Source: Novakomyces olei | Taxonomy: Eukaryota | Reading direction: 5' to 3' | NCBI GenBank assembly: GCA_016906335.1 | Contig: JADEYG010000007.1 | Coordinates: 1,674,001 to 1,738,000, forward strand | DNA: 64,000 nt | Shown: positions 1-13,758 of the stretch, piece after piece | Layout of the letters: every line of letters starts with the position of its first letter | Position numbering within the stretch: position 1 is the first letter of the stretch | Translations under genes and position numbers: made by a program | The notes under the pieces: model-generated | Told to the model about the DNA's origin: nothing | The model's input: the letters and a program-made list of their open reading frames with translations, nothing else | Databases searched by the model: none

Positions 1-94
1 AAGGAAAGGCAAGTTCTTTCCGTCTTGTTCAGCGTCGTTGCAGGCTTTCTTCCGGCTCCTGCGTTTCTTGAAACCACGAATAGGTCGTGTTCAA

Positions 95-1565
95 TCAAGT
101 AGCATTATTCGTTGGCAGCTGGCCAGCAGCATTAAACAAGCTTGCCAATTGTGCATACTCTTCCTTTATCCAGTTCATCCCTCCCGGCTCAGTCCATATC
201 CCCGGACCTTGCTCTAAGACTTTGGGCACAGGCGCCTATCGTATTAGAAGCCACATTGAAGAACAGAGAATTTTATAATGATATGTTAAATGATAGAAGA
301 GCCAAATAACTTACATCGGGCTGTTTCATTCGATCACTAGCTAGAACAGCTAAATATTGTAAATTGGCATTCAACCGTTTCTGACATCTATATTCTATAA
401 GTAGCTGTATCATGTAGGGAGCAAATAATAAGAGAACAGATAAAAAAGAGAAAAAGAAAAAGCACAAGGGAGATGTATTGACCTATCGTGCTATGCATAG
501 CCTTGTATATGATAGCATTGTAAGAATTGAAAATGAACTTAGAAAGGAAGGAGAAAAGGAGTTTAGCAAGTGCAAAAGATATGTCATAATGATTATTCTT
601 GAAAAAACTTTAAACCCAATTTAGTTTGAAATTAAAGCCATGTTTAAGTGTGAATCAAGTCAAACCAAATGGATCTATTGTCAAAGATCAAAAATAATAA
701 ACATAAATAAAACTAATAAGATAAAGAAAATAAAATAAACAATAAGACCATACTCTGCTTTTCGTGCGTCAGCTTGTGCAGGCAAACTTATCGATGCTGG
801 CTCTGCACTATTGCTTTGCCTCAATATTTCGGCAAACAGCTCGTTGTTTATTTTCAGTAAAAGTGTAACTTTCTCTGCCTCCTTGTACCCTCCACCCCGT
901 TTCGACTCTAGCGAAGCTGATCGCCGAGCCGCCGGTGCAATAGGACTATGAGCCTGTAGCCCTAACGGCGCACCATTGCTGTATGAGCTTTGTGGCTTCG
1001 CGCTAAATTGCGCAGCAGCGGCCATTGTAGGGCTTTGACTGTAAGTGTAAGAATGAGCGTCCGTCCCATATCCCGAGGATTCTGCGCTCATTTTTTCACT
1101 TGAGGCTAAATTAGCTGCATTCATGGAGGGCGATTGCTGTGAAAAAGGTGGCGAACCGCTGCCTTGAAAGTAGCCTGCAGGGCTATAGTCGTTTGTATAT
1201 TGCTGTGCATTGGGTACATGGTAATTATCAGGCGTATTCTTGAAATAGCCTTGTCCTCCTCCTCCAGATGCTCCTGGAGTCCACGTTGTAGGCGTAACAG
1301 GTATGAAGTTTTGTATTTGTTGCTGCTGCCTTTGTGCTTGCTGCTGCTGCTGCTGTTGTTGGTGATGGTGCTGTTGTTGTTGCTGCCTTCGGAGTTCGGC
1401 ATTAGATGTACGAAGGTTTGCTGAGCCCGGAGAAGAAGGCCGAGTGAAAGATCCGCGGCCGCCTGTAGCTAAAGCCGAATAATTAAAAGGTATAAAACTG
1501 ACGCCTTGTTGCCGAGTCGCGTTATTGCCGCTGTGGTTGTTTGCGCCGGCCGATTGGGACGGCAT
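95..1565 (-). CDS. Q-rich protein with C-terminal SSXT/SS18-like motif (possible SWI/SNF subunit, Snf30/SS18-like); 3 exons 1565-754, 387-315, 235-95
   Basis: GT-AG splicing joins frames to give LLLKINNELFAEIL...KAECQKRLNANLQYLAVLASD, resembling the SSXT motif (QxxLHxNLxYLA); poly-Q low-complexity N-terminus; TGA at 97-95. Confidence 0.55.
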
Positions 1566-2390
1566 GCGAGCAGCTAGCGCCGCTAGAAGCAGCAAAATAG
1601 GCGCGGCTCAGACTAGAAATAATATTGAACGGCAATAGTAGGGTGAAAGCTTAAAACAAAGACTGGACGACGAGATTGCGACAAGACAAGGAGAAATGCA
1701 CAGATAATCTCGATAATTGCTGGTGGATAGAGCGCAAGCTGTAATGATCAGTCGACGTACTTTAAAGGTGGCAGTACACTTTTCTAACCGATGAAATGGT
1801 TGACAATGGCCACTAAATCAAACAGATGCGCCCGTAAGTGAATGGCAAAAGTCACTGCAGAGCTCGAACGGGCGTCTGTTTTAATTATCTTATTCTAGCG
1901 CAATGAATTTGTGATACTCTCTTATTTGTGCGATTCCACCATCAATTGGATAATGTATAGGCGGCGTATACATGTATAAATAAATATATATATATATAAT
2001 TACATTACATTATATTACATGGAAGAGGGCATTGAGGTTTGTTTTAAGAGTATCCAGATAATCTAAACAGATAATCCGAGCATTTGCTAAATTCTGCAAT
2101 GATTCACTTGCTCTTTGCGTACTACTGTCAATATATTACTAATAACGACTCAAACTTTAGTGCAACAAAAACAATCAAAACGCGAAATTTGAATATAGCC
2201 TGAAAAATGATACTAAAATTAATTAATTGGCGGTAAACTTTATAATGCATGACTGGGAGATTGATCGTAATGAACAAAGCACATAGATTTTAAGAGAATA
2301 GGTTTGCGCTATCAAACACGACCGAGTAAAGATGCAATAGACCTGACGCTATGCCGCATGCCTGACAGCTACAATAAGATAATATAAAAA

Positions 2391-2500
2391 CAATAATAAT
2401 AAAAAACAATAATAATAAAAAACAATAATAATAAAAAACAATAATAATAAAAAACAATAATAATAAAAAACAATAATAATAAAAAACAATAATAATAATA
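2391..2500. repeat. Minisatellite, ~7 copies of 16-bp CAATAATAATAAAAAA
   Basis: Units start at 2391, 2407, 2423, 2439, 2455, 2471, 2487. Confidence 0.9.
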
Positions 2501-2874
2501 ATAATAATTAATTATTATTATTATTATCATTATTCTGATAATGACAATAAATATATTACTTAACGCCAGGCACATTCAGCAAATAAAGCATAATATCACA
2601 TACATAATACAAGTTACAAAAACCAAGCAATATACTGTGCAGCCCGATTTTTCGCCTATAAATGAAGATCAACAATAAACAAAGACCAAAGTGTATGCGC
2701 GTACCTGTTTGCGCGTCTTTTGCGGCGAATCGCCTTGTTAGACTATTCTCTACTTCGCAGTTATCTCCACGCTCGTTTCGCTCAAATTCAACTTTACACA
2801 GCTCTTTTTTCTTGTTTTCTTTCGGAGCTCGAACGATATCCACTCAAGCCTGTCGCAAACAAAAGGCAAGCAAC

Positions 2875-5800
2875 ATGGCGGATTCTTCGTTTGCCGCAGC
2901 TTCGGACGAGAACTTTGATCCTTCTCCCGTAAAGGCCTCGGCCAAGGGTAAAAAAAATGCGGTAGAAGGCACAACTAGCAATGCTCACGTGGCGGCATCG
3001 CTTAAAAGCGCGTCTGAGCAGTATCAGCGTCTCTCACCACGAGATCACGTGCTGCGCCGGCCAGACACGTACGTTGGCAGCATAGATCCTACATCTATGC
3101 AAATGTGGACTTTTAATTCGGAAACGAATGCAATGGAATACAAGTATGCATACTTATTTTGGCGTTGAAGCTTTATTCTAATCTTGTAAAGGACTGTCAC
3201 ACTCGTACCTGGACTCTACAAAATTTTCGATGAAATTATCGTCAATGCTGCAGATAACAAGATTCGCGATCCTACTATGGATACGATTCGAGTCGATCTC
3301 GATCGTGCCAGCAATACTGTGTCTGTGTACAACAGCGGGCGCGGAATCCCTATTGAGATGCACGCGGTAAGAAAATTCATAATAAAAATCGAATAAGCCT
3401 ATAACAATCAAAATTTAATCTTTTTAAAGCTGTCATCATGCCATGATTTGATAAAAAAAAATTATAAAGGCTATACAATGGATCGTTTACGTGGTCTATT
3501 ACGTGGCGGGATCTATTACGCTAAAATAAATATTGGTACTAATTTATTAGACAGAGAAAATCTATATCCCCGAGCTGATCTTTGGCAACTTGTTAACAAG
3601 CAGCAATTATGACGACAATGACCGAAAAGTTACGGGTGGCCGTAACGGTTACGGAGCCAAGCTCTGTAATATTTTTTCTTCTTCTTTCACAGTGGAAACG
3701 GCCGATGGAGTCCATAAATACAAGCAAACATGGACGGACAACATGTCAAAATGCTCAAAGCCCAGTGTTACTGCCAACAAAAAAGGTGAGCAGTATACAA
3801 AGGTAACATTCAAACCAGATCTGGAAAAGTTTGGCATGACTGAGATGGACGATGATCTTGAGTCTGTGATTAAGAGACGTGTATACGATCTTGCTGGCTG
3901 CGTAAATGATGTCAAGGTCTTTCTGAATGGCTCACGCATCAAAATTAAAAACTTCAAGCAGTATGTAGAGCTGTATACGAAAGCTGCTCAGCAAGCACGT
4001 GATGGTGAAGCCGGTGGCGAAGGGGGCGGAAGCGATGATCCGACCAATACTCCAATCGTTTATGAAAAAATTAATGATCGTTGGGAGATCGCATTTGCGG
4101 TTTCCGATGGTCAATTCAATCAAGTTTCTTTTGTCAACAGTATTGCCACTACTCGTGGAGGCACACATGTCAATTATATTGCGGACCAATTAGTCTCCAA
4201 GTTGCTCGATGCAATGAAAAAGAAAAACAAAGGCGGTGCTCAATTAAAACCTCATCAAGTACGTAACCACATATGGGTCTTTGTGAACTGTTTGATTGAG
4301 AATCCTGCTTTTGATTCCCAGACAAAAGAAACTCTGACTCTTCGGCAGAGCGCTTTTGGCAGCAAGTGTGTCGTGGGCGAAGAGTTTGTCAAGAAAGTAT
4401 TGAAGTCCGGAGTGATGGACAATATTCTCAAATTTGCCAATTACCAGGCCGATTTGGCTATGAAAAAGACGGATAGCAAATCTGCCCGTGCCCGTATTAC
4501 GGGTCTGCCAAAACTTGAGGATGCCAATATGGCAGGTACCAAGCATGGCTCCCGTTGTACTCTGATTCTGACAGAGGGAGACTCTGCCAAGACATTAGCA
4601 GTAGCAGGTCTCGGCGTAGTGGGCCGAGATCATTATGGTGTCTTTCCTCTGCGGGGAAAATTGCTTAACGTGCGTGATGCGAGTCACCAGCAAATCATGA
4701 ACAATGCCGAGATTCAGGCTATTAAGAAAATTATGGGTCTTCGGCACGGGGAAAAATATACGTCAACCGAAGGTCTTCGCTACGGACACTTGATGATTAT
4801 GACGGATCAGGATCAGGATGGGAGCCATATCAAGGGCTTAATTATCAACTATTTCGAAAAGTTTTACGAGTCACTTTTACGTTTACCGGGATTTCTTATT
4901 GAGTTTATTACACCTATTGTCCGTGTCAGCAAGGGCAGTCAATCAATAGATTTCTTTACAATGCCCGAGTATGAGTACTGGAAAGAGGCAAACAATGATG
5001 GGGCCGGCTGGAAATCCAAGTATTACAAGGGTCTGGGTACAAGTGATTCCAACGATGCGAAGAAGTACTTTTCTGACCTTGACAAGCATCTGAAAGAATT
5101 TCATGCTATGCAGGACGAAGAAAAGCAGTTGATTGATATGGCCTTTTCCAAGACTAAAGCAGATGAACGTAAAGAATGGCTGCGAACTTACAGACCCGGA
5201 ACGTTTATGGATCATTCAGTGAACAAGATATTGATTAATGATTTTATCAACAAGGAGCTGATCCTTTTTTCCATGGCCGACAATATCCGGTCTATTCCCT
5301 CCGTTATTGACGGGCTTAAACCCGGTCAGCGCAAGGTTATTTACGGCTGTTTTAAGCGTAAATTAAAGTCTGAAATTAAAGTAGCCCAGCTCGGAGGTTA
5401 CGTGGCAGAGCACACGGCTTACCATCACGGAGAGGCCAGTCTGATGCAGACGATTATCGGTCTGGCTCAGCAATACGTAGGGGCTAATAATGTAAACTTG
5501 CTACAGCCAAATGGTCAGTTTGGTTCGCGATTACAGGGCGGAAAAGACGCGGCCAGTCCACGTTATATTCACACAGAGCTGAGCCGCATTGCTCGCATGA
5601 TTTTCCCACAGGAAGACGATGCAATTCTTGAGCATTTGACAGAAGACGGCCAGAGAATTGAGCCGAGTAATTTCGTACCTGTCCTGCCAATGGTCCTGGT
5701 CAATGGCTCAGAGGGCATTGGAACAGGCTGGAGTTCCTTCATTCCCAATTATAATCCTCAGGATATTGTCGATAACCTGAAAAAATTGATGAACGGACAG

Positions 5801-7588
5801 GAAATGGATGAAATGGTGCCCTGGTACCGCGGGTTTACCGGTACAGTGGAACCAACGGGTCCCGGAAAATTTGCCTCGAAAGGTATAATTCGTCAGGTGG
5901 ACAGTACAACGGTGGAAATTACAGAACTTCCAATCCGCTATTGGACTCAGGACATGAAGGAGTGGCTTGAAGCCGGAATTTCCGGGACAGAAAAGACGGC
6001 TGCCTTTATAAAGGACTATTCCGAGTATCATACGGATACGACTGTTCATTTTGTAGTCAAGTTGACAGAAAAAGGCATGGCTGAAGCTCTGGCTGATGGA
6101 CTAGAGCAAAAGTTCAAAATGGTAAGGCACCAGAGTCTGCAAAACATGGTGGCATTTGACTCTGAAGGCCGTATTAAAAGGTACAACTCGCCGCTGGAAA
6201 TTATTCAAGAGTTTTACGGTGTCCGACTGGCAACTTACCAGAGGCGTAAGGAAAATATTTTAGCTGAGTATGGACGGGATCTAGAGCGTGTATCGAACCA
6301 GGCCAGGTTTGTGACCATGATTGTTAATGATGAGTTGGTGATTGCGAAAAAGAAGCGGGAGCGTTTGATCAACGAATTACGCGCCTTAAACTTTACGCCC
6401 CTCCCACCAATCGGTCGAAAGTCTGGCAAAGCGTCTGCAGCCGAAGCCGGGCGTGATGAAGACGAAGGAGAAGAAGATCCTGATACTAAAGGGCTCAGCC
6501 ATGACTTTGATTACCTATTGAGTATGCCTATTCACTCCTTGACAGTGGAGAAAGTGGAGAGACTGCTCGCGGATAAGGCCAAGAAAGAGGCAGAGATCGA
6601 TGCTCTAATCAAAGTTACACCAAAGGAGCTTTGGTGCCGTGACTTGGACGGCTTTATGCAGGAATGGGAGGCATGTTTGCGTCAAGATGTGGAGGCTAAA
6701 GCCAATGCTCCTCGTGCAAAGAACTCCAAGAAAGCGGCAACAGCTGCTCGAGGCAGAAAACGAACGTTTAATAACAAGAATGGCGACGAGGAAGGTGAGG
6801 ATGAATGGACATCAAGTCCGAGGAAGAGGACTACCAGCAAAGCCACAAAGCAGCAGCAACAAAAGCTGCCTGAAATGGCAGGAATGGCCACTGAAAAGAC
6901 ACCGGCAGCTACAAAGCAAGGCCAGCCAATGAAGTCTCTGGCAGAGGCAAAGACTAGTCAGTTTGTTGATCCAACAGACGCGAGTCCGATAGCGATCAAA
7001 CAGAGCTCTTCGGAGAGTTCGATCTCGCCTCCAGAGAGCAAATTTAGTATTGAGCCGGGTACAATTACCGGCAAACCTGCCGGCAAATCTGCAAGCAATA
7101 CTGTAAAAAAGGCACCTTCCCAAGCCCGAAAGGCTCTGCCAAAGACTTTGATGGACGATAGTGACGACGATGATTATGCGGCTCGAATTATCCGTTCAAG
7201 AAAGCAACCGACTCAGGAGAATTCAGGAGCCAATGCAAAAGGTGCTGCTCCGCAGAGCAAACCGGCAACAAACGTGTCTGATCGAGCTGATGGCGTTGCT
7301 GTTGAGCGGCCAAGAGAAGCTTCAGCCAACAGCAAACCTGTAAAGAGTCTAGACGCTAGGCAGAATGCAAATGGAGCCAAACGTCAAACTGCGCCGGCTC
7401 AGTCGCGTCGAAAGGTTATCGATAGCGATGAGAGCGAAGGCGAAGAATCCGTGGCAGTCAAACCGGCACAAAGTACCTCTAGAGCCCGTCGGCCGGCAGT
7501 AAAAGCAAAATCGTACGTTGTCTCTGACGACGAAAGCGATGCCGTTGACGAAGACGACGATGGAGATGGTGACTTTGAGAGCGAGTAG
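2875..7588 (+). CDS. TOP2: DNA topoisomerase II; exons 2875-3143, 3192-3366, 3551-7588 (possible upstream in-frame ATG at 2695)
   Basis: HVLRRPDTYVGS, GGRNGYGAKL (GHKL ATPase), TEGDSA, PLRGK, IMTDQD (TOPRIM), AASPRYI catalytic Tyr; canonical introns. Confidence 0.98.
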
Positions 7589-8121
7589 GTTTGGGTTTAC
7601 AAAAGGAGCTGCAATCGCTGGATTGGGGTTTAAAGTGTAATTTGTCTGTTTAAAATATAAATGTGCTTGTCTGTGTTTTGCGTTTCAGTGTGGATTTAGA
7701 CGATTTCCAATAATTATTGTTCATTAAATAATGACCTTATAATTCATATTGATTAAAATGCCAATTGTCCATTGAAATCATATATAAAGTTGGAAGAGTG
7801 TTTCCGGTCCAGTGAATAGCAAAGGTTACTTATTGGAAGAGCTGATTTAAATCCATTAAATAGAATTGATTTATCGTATAGAATTAATTACATTTGACAG
7901 CGTTTTATCCGTATTTACCAGCAAGTGTGTTTATCACAAGATTTTGCCTTTTTAATTTATTCCATCTATCGTACATTATATTACAATATTACAATATTAC
8001 AAATTAATTTATTATAATTTCTTATCTAAAAGTTAATATTACTCTCGATATTCTAGTACTTTATTGCTCGATTAATATGCACGAAATCCTTTGGGTATTT
8101 TCCATCACAAAGCCTTTCCCT

Positions 8122-9910
8122 CTATTTTTGAATGCTAACAACAGACCGATCGCGCTCGGACACGTGTGGAACAGTTCCCGGCTTCGAATGCTTCCGGCGA
8201 TTCTGTTCTTTGCGTTTAATACTCTGCTCTTCAATTCTTTTGATTTCTCCCGCCTTTTTAATAGTGTTTGGTACATGGCGATGCCTATCAATACGACGAA
8301 TCTCCGGCATATGCTTGTACCGATCTCGCAATGACGTCATGTACTCCAGCCGTGAACGCTCGCGACTCGATTTAACGTTACTGCGCTCGCTTGCGTTTGA
8401 ACGCCAAAGGCGAACGTTTCCATCATCGGACCCGGAAACAATGTACCGACTGTCCATAGAAAATTTGACACTAAAGACACGTTGCATTCGCTTAGTATGG
8501 TAAATGTCACGTGAATGGCCAGATTGTAATTTGAACACGCGGATAGATCGGTCGTAAGATCCACTGACAATTTCTTGGCCGGTTGGACTAAAATCAACGT
8601 CCATTACCGCAGCAACATGGTCCTTGTATACGTTTAGCGCGCGCTTCATATTGCGCATATCATAATAGTAAATGTTGTGGTCTTCGCTGCCAGCAGCAAA
8701 ATTGAAGGGTTCAATCGGGTTGAAGCAGAGGCAGTTTGATCGGAACTGGATGTGAGCAGCCAAGTCGTAGATAAAAGGAAGCTGGTGCGTTGGACCAAGC
8801 AAGATACATAGAAATTTACAATAAAACATACCTGGGTTATTAGCTTCGCGAGAGGCGAGTCCGTTCGTAGATCGTATAAAGTAATTGATCTATCCATACC
8901 CGCAGACGCCAATACTGACGTCTCCGACTGGTTAAACCGAACACTCTGAATACTCTCTGCCCCCCACTCAAATGATGTAATCGGTGTAGCCCGCTCAATG
9001 CTCCATACATCGATGCGGTCTGATGCAGCAGCAAATACTGGATCATTGCGGTGAACGTCTATACTGTGCAAAGCCGACTGTGCCGGGTATGTTTGCGAGG
9101 CCTTAAAAGTTAGTCGAGCCGCGATAAGAGAAAAGGGCAGTAGAATAGAATACAATAACAAATTGTATGGCAAAATCAATCAATGCATGTCAATCATGGC
9201 AACGAGTGGGAGATATAATTTAATAACGATTAAAAAAAACGAATATAAACAGAGAGAAAACCTACTTGCTGAGACGAGCAGTCCCATAGCTTCACTAACC
9301 GGTCCGACGCGCACGACAAAAGCTTAGTCCCGTCTCGTGTATAACACAATCCCCTGATAATTCCTTCGTGCGCTTGCACGGACCAGGTCTCGGCCCTCTC
9401 TGCAATATCCCAACATTTGATTGTTCCGTCACCACTCCCTGAAGCAAATCGTGTTAACGAGCGATCGTGCCGCGCAAGACTGTAAACGCCATCGATATGC
9501 CCATTGCCCATTTGGCCGATGAAAGGCTGAGCAAACCTGAACATTAGATCGAGGATCGCCACTGAAAAAAGATAAATAATAAACTAAAAAATAATTTAAC
9601 GAATTAATTAATTAATTGAATGAATAGTAATTAGGAAAAAGAACAAAAAGCAAAAGCAGAAAATTTATTAGGTTTCAAATGACCACAAGAACAAACGCGT
9701 ACATTCTATTCAGCTTGGTAGCGTTCAAAGCTCTCGTGTACTCTCGCGCCTTTTCAAAGGGATGAAGTCCAGAATCCAAGTTCCGGGGCATTGGAGCCTG
9801 GTCTCCCTTCCGAGTAGGCGCATAGCTCTCTGGATCACGCACTAGCGCTTTCACCTTCTACAAAAACTGAGTTAGTTTTGCTTCAAGAAAAGATCAAATG
9901 CTGATACCAT
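8122..9910 (-). CDS. SOF1: U3 snoRNP/SSU processome WD40 protein Sof1 (DCAF13), multi-exon
   Basis: HPFEKAREYTRALNATKL, GHIDGVYSL, YHTKRMQRVF, SGSDDGNVRLW, C-terminal Sof1 domain; first exon is the ATG alone (9910-9908). Confidence 0.95.
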
Positions 9911-10101
9911 TTGCGCAGGAAATTTCAGAGTCGAAGCAAATTAATTTTTATTTATTGAAATAATATGAATGCTCCACTATCAGATTTTTGTACACTAAAT
10001 ATTTATTATTTTATTTATTTTAAATTTATTAAATATATATATATATATATTACATGCCGTCATTTCATTGAACTGTTTAAAGACATGCTGCATTCTTAGT
10101 C

Positions 10102-10114
10102 AGGGTTAGGGTTA
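10102..10114. promoter_or_regulatory. Telomere-like (TTAGGG)2 motif in SOF1/FES1 divergent promoter
   Basis: AGGGTTAGGGTTA. Confidence 0.5.
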
Positions 10115-10335
10115 TCTACATTTGTCTTCTCTGCAAAAATTTATGATGTATATTTCTCATGCAGTCTAATGCGCTCTAAAGAATTTTGCAGAATAATGCG
10201 ACAAATCTGCCTGTGATTAGTAATTTATGATTAATAGCGCTGCGAATAGTTATTAGTAAAAATATTTAAATGTTAATATTTACAATAATTATATTTACAA
10301 TAATTATTGCAGATTACCATCCTGTTCCACGAGCT

Positions 10336-11265
10336 ATGGACAAGCTGCTAAAGTTCACTACGAGCCTGCAAAACGGTGAGGGTCAGGCTGCCTCTCAGCC
10401 AGCGGCGCCGTCGGACCAAAGGCCGCAGAGTATTGACACTGGTGTTATCGATCAGATAATGGGCAAAGATGATGCGACGCATATGAAAGAAGCAATGACA
10501 GCGATCGTCCAGAGTGACGTTCCCTTGGATCAAAAAGAGATTGCCTTTGATAATCTGGAGATGCTTGTCGAGCATGTAGATAATGCGATAAATATGGCGC
10601 GCCTTGGTCTGTGGCCGCCGCTGGTCGATCAGCTCTCCTCTTCTGCCGCTCCCTTGAGACGCATGGCCGCGTGGGTCATTGGAACTGCAGTGCAAAACAA
10701 TCCTCAGGTACAGTCAGATTTTCTTGCTACTCCAGGACTGGCCAAGCTTTTCGAGCTGCTTCAAGACGAAGACTTGTCCGTCCGAGCAAAGGCGCTTTAT
10801 GCGATTAGTGCTACTCTACGTCATAATCCTTTGGCAGTGGCAAAGCTACGTGAGCTGCCTCACGCCTGGTCCAGCTTGCTCGGATTAGTAAGCACGTGTA
10901 CGGACGGGGGTATGTTGAAGCGAACAGTCTTTTTGCTCGGGAATTTACTGGTGGAGGAGAATGAAACGACGCCCAGTGAAGTGAGCCGGGCAATTAGAGA
11001 CGAGGCTTTAGAGTCACGCTTAGCCAGTATCTTGAATGATTCAGAGCTGCAAAAGGACGAAGATTTGATGGAGAAGACAGTGCATACGTTTAGCACACTT
11101 GCCCAGCAAACTGATATAAGTTTGCCTTCAATGGACCGGCAAGAGATTCTGCAGAGCCTTGAGACTATTGCAAAATCGCACACTGAGCTTTCATCACTGT
11201 GTGCAAATTTACGAACGCATTTAGCTTTTGATTCGGTGCCGGAGACTGTGCAAGCTATAAGTTAG
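10336..11265 (+). CDS. FES1: Hsp70 nucleotide exchange factor Fes1 (ARM repeats); unspliced form ends at TAG 11263-11265
   Basis: MDKLLKF start, AFDNLEMLVEHVDNA, AAWVIGTAVQNNP, KALYAIS motifs. Confidence 0.92.
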   Translation: MDKLLKFTTSLQNGEGQAASQPAAPSDQRPQSIDTGVIDQIMGKDDATHMKEAMTAIVQSDVPLDQKEIAFDNLEMLVEHVDNAINMARLGLWPPLVDQLSSSAAPLRRMAAWVIGTAVQNNPQVQSDFLATPGLAKLFELLQDEDLSVRAKALYAISATLRHNPLAVAKLRELPHAWSSLLGLVSTCTDGGMLKRTVFLLGNLLVEENETTPSEVSRAIRDEALESRLASILNDSELQKDEDLMEKTVHTFSTLAQQTDISLPSMDRQEILQSLETIAKSHTELSSLCANLRTHLAFDSVPETVQAIS

Positions 11266-12161
11266 TCATAGCCATTATTTATTTATCTCTGGTCTTTTAT
11301 CCTTGTTTTCGTTACTGTTTGTTCACTATTATATTCCATCACATCATATTCAAAATCGTAATTGGCATTGTGTTTTGTGGGGCTACGTTAATACTAAATC
11401 TCATCACCAATCTATTTGTACTCGAGTCTTTATATAATGTATCAAACTTACATCATAGAAAACGGGCAACTTGTAATTATTATGGACGACGAAAGCCGGG
11501 AGAATGAAGGCGACTTTATTATTTCTGCAGAGCTATGCACACCGGAAAAGATGGCGTTCCTTGTCCGCTATTCTAGGTATTCAATTCAATTCAATTTAAT
11601 TTTATATATTATGTTTTATTTTTATATTCTTTCAGCCTCATCTAATTTGAATTTAGTGGTTACGTGTGTGTACCTTGCGACGGAAAGATTCTTGATAAAC
11701 TGGAGCTGCCTCCAATGGTAGCAACGCTGGAGGACGAGATGAAGACGGCTTATGCTGTTACTTGTGACTATAAAGCTGGAGTTACTACAGGCATTTCTGC
11801 CTCGGATCGAACAAACACAGCTCGGCAACTTGCCAATCCCGATGCTGTAGCTTCGGATTTCAATAGACCAGGACACATGCTTCCTCTACGGTACCAGGAA
11901 GGAGGTGTACTCAGGCGACGAGGTCATACTGAGGCCTCTGTTGGTAACTATTTATATATTTTTTTTTGTTTTATCCACTTCTAACTTTTAGACTTGTGCA
12001 AACTCGCTGGCCTCTCACCGGTCGCTGTAATTTGTGAAATTGTAAATGACGACGGAACAATGATGCGGCGCGATGGAGCAATTGAATTCGCACACAAACA
12101 TGGCTTAAAAATTTGCACGATAGAGAAACTGGCTCGGTATTTGAGCAGCCATAAACGCTAG
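11227..12161 (+). CDS. RIB3: 3,4-dihydroxy-2-butanone-4-phosphate synthase; exons ..11260, 11459-11576, 11657-11943, 11992-12161; first exon continuous with FES1 frame
   Basis: [48 protein letters not shown] motifs; introns with GT/AG and branch-like CTAAT/CTAAC. Confidence 0.95.
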
Positions 12162-12424
12162 TGTGCTCTAGTATTTTATGGTTTCGAATTGACCATGTTG
12201 AAGTAGTATGTAAAATTGCGTTTAGAGCGTGTTGATATTGAATAATATACAATTGATGAGCATACAAAAAAGAATCAAGTTGCATGATAAAGTTGAGTAT
12301 GCACAAGAATATGTATGTATATATATTGATTCAAACTTGCCAAGTTCAATTTATTAAATTAAAATAATAACCGCAAATAGTTCCCCAATTGATTACATAA
12401 AACAACCATATCCAAATCTCAGCT

Positions 12425-13523
12425 TCAGCTTCTCTTGAGGGCATTAAACCGGGCAGTTAGTTCATCAAACGAGGGCACGTTTCCCTTCGGTTTGGCCTGA
12501 ATCTGTTTTGCTTGAGGCTTATTCTCCCCTGGCAAATGAATACTAGGAGCAGGGTTTTCGGTACTTGGCGAAGCCGGGGCAATAGTAGCGAACGCCTCGT
12601 TCGGGTTTGCTTCCGGGGCAGCAGGAAGCGAAACAGCTGGCTCCTTTTCCACTTGACCCCCATCGTCGCTGCCATTTCCGTCATTTTCGTCGCCCTCATT
12701 GCCAACACCAAAGGGCACACCATAAGCACGAGTGATCTCCCGTAAGTAGGATTCAACAAGCTCCGGTTTTGGTGCTTCTACGCGCAACTTTTCCAGCACC
12801 TGCCTCGTAAGAATTGGAAAGATGTAATAGAGCAATACTAAATAAAAAAGATAGTAGGATTAACAAAAATTGTTTAATTGATGAAACAATTGATTGAAAA
12901 AAAATCAATCAATAAAACCGTTTAATTAGAACATAAAAAAGATGATATTATTGGAGCAAGAAAGGAATGACATCACGATTCGATGGCAAACGCATCAGCC
13001 AATTGCCACAGCCAACTGCCAAGACTGGGATATATAAAACCCGCGGGACAGACTTACTCGGGCGTTAACTTTATTATCACTGTTCTCCAGTGCGGCGGTA
13101 GCAAACTCACGACCAAACCGTGCGGCCAACAAGTCACGCACGGCTAAAAGCTCACGAGCTTCACAGCGCGGAGCGGCGTATATAATAGTCTTTACGCCTT
13201 CTTCCAGCCCCGCATCACATTCGCTTTTAATATTAATAAACATTTATTAAACACAATACTTACCGGCTGTCAAGAAGGCCGAACCGTGCGATTAAAAGCT
13301 CGCAGTACAGCTCAATCATGGACAGCATTTCAATAGTGATGTCTTCCTGGATGACGTGCTCGCACTTTATCCGAGCAAAATCTTGTTTGCCCGCCTCTAT
13401 CAGTGAAGCCAGTTCACGTCGCTGCTGCTTAGCAACAGCATCTTTTTTCGCCTGCAGCAACCGAAGCCGGCTCACTGCCAGCTTGAGCTGCACTTTGAGC
13501 CGCTGCAGGTTTGCGTCTACCAT
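12425..13523 (-). CDS. IST1: ESCRT-III associated protein Ist1, 3 exons
   Basis: LKVQLKLAVSRLRLLQ, IELYCELLIAR, TIIYAAPR, C-terminal FDELTARFNALKR (MIM1). Confidence 0.93.
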
Positions 13524-13539
13524 CGCTGCATCTTGGATA

Positions 13540-13724
<185 letters not shown>

Positions 13725-13744
13725 AAAACAATATAATAACAACA

Positions 13745-13758
13745 AACCCTAACCCTAA
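13745..13758. promoter_or_regulatory. Telomere-like AACCCTAACCCTAA motif in IST1/ankyrin-DIL divergent promoter
   Basis: Direct read. Confidence 0.5.

Noticed and set aside
2391-2500. CRISPR-like array
   Set aside because: Head-to-tail minisatellite with no spacers, in a eukaryotic genome
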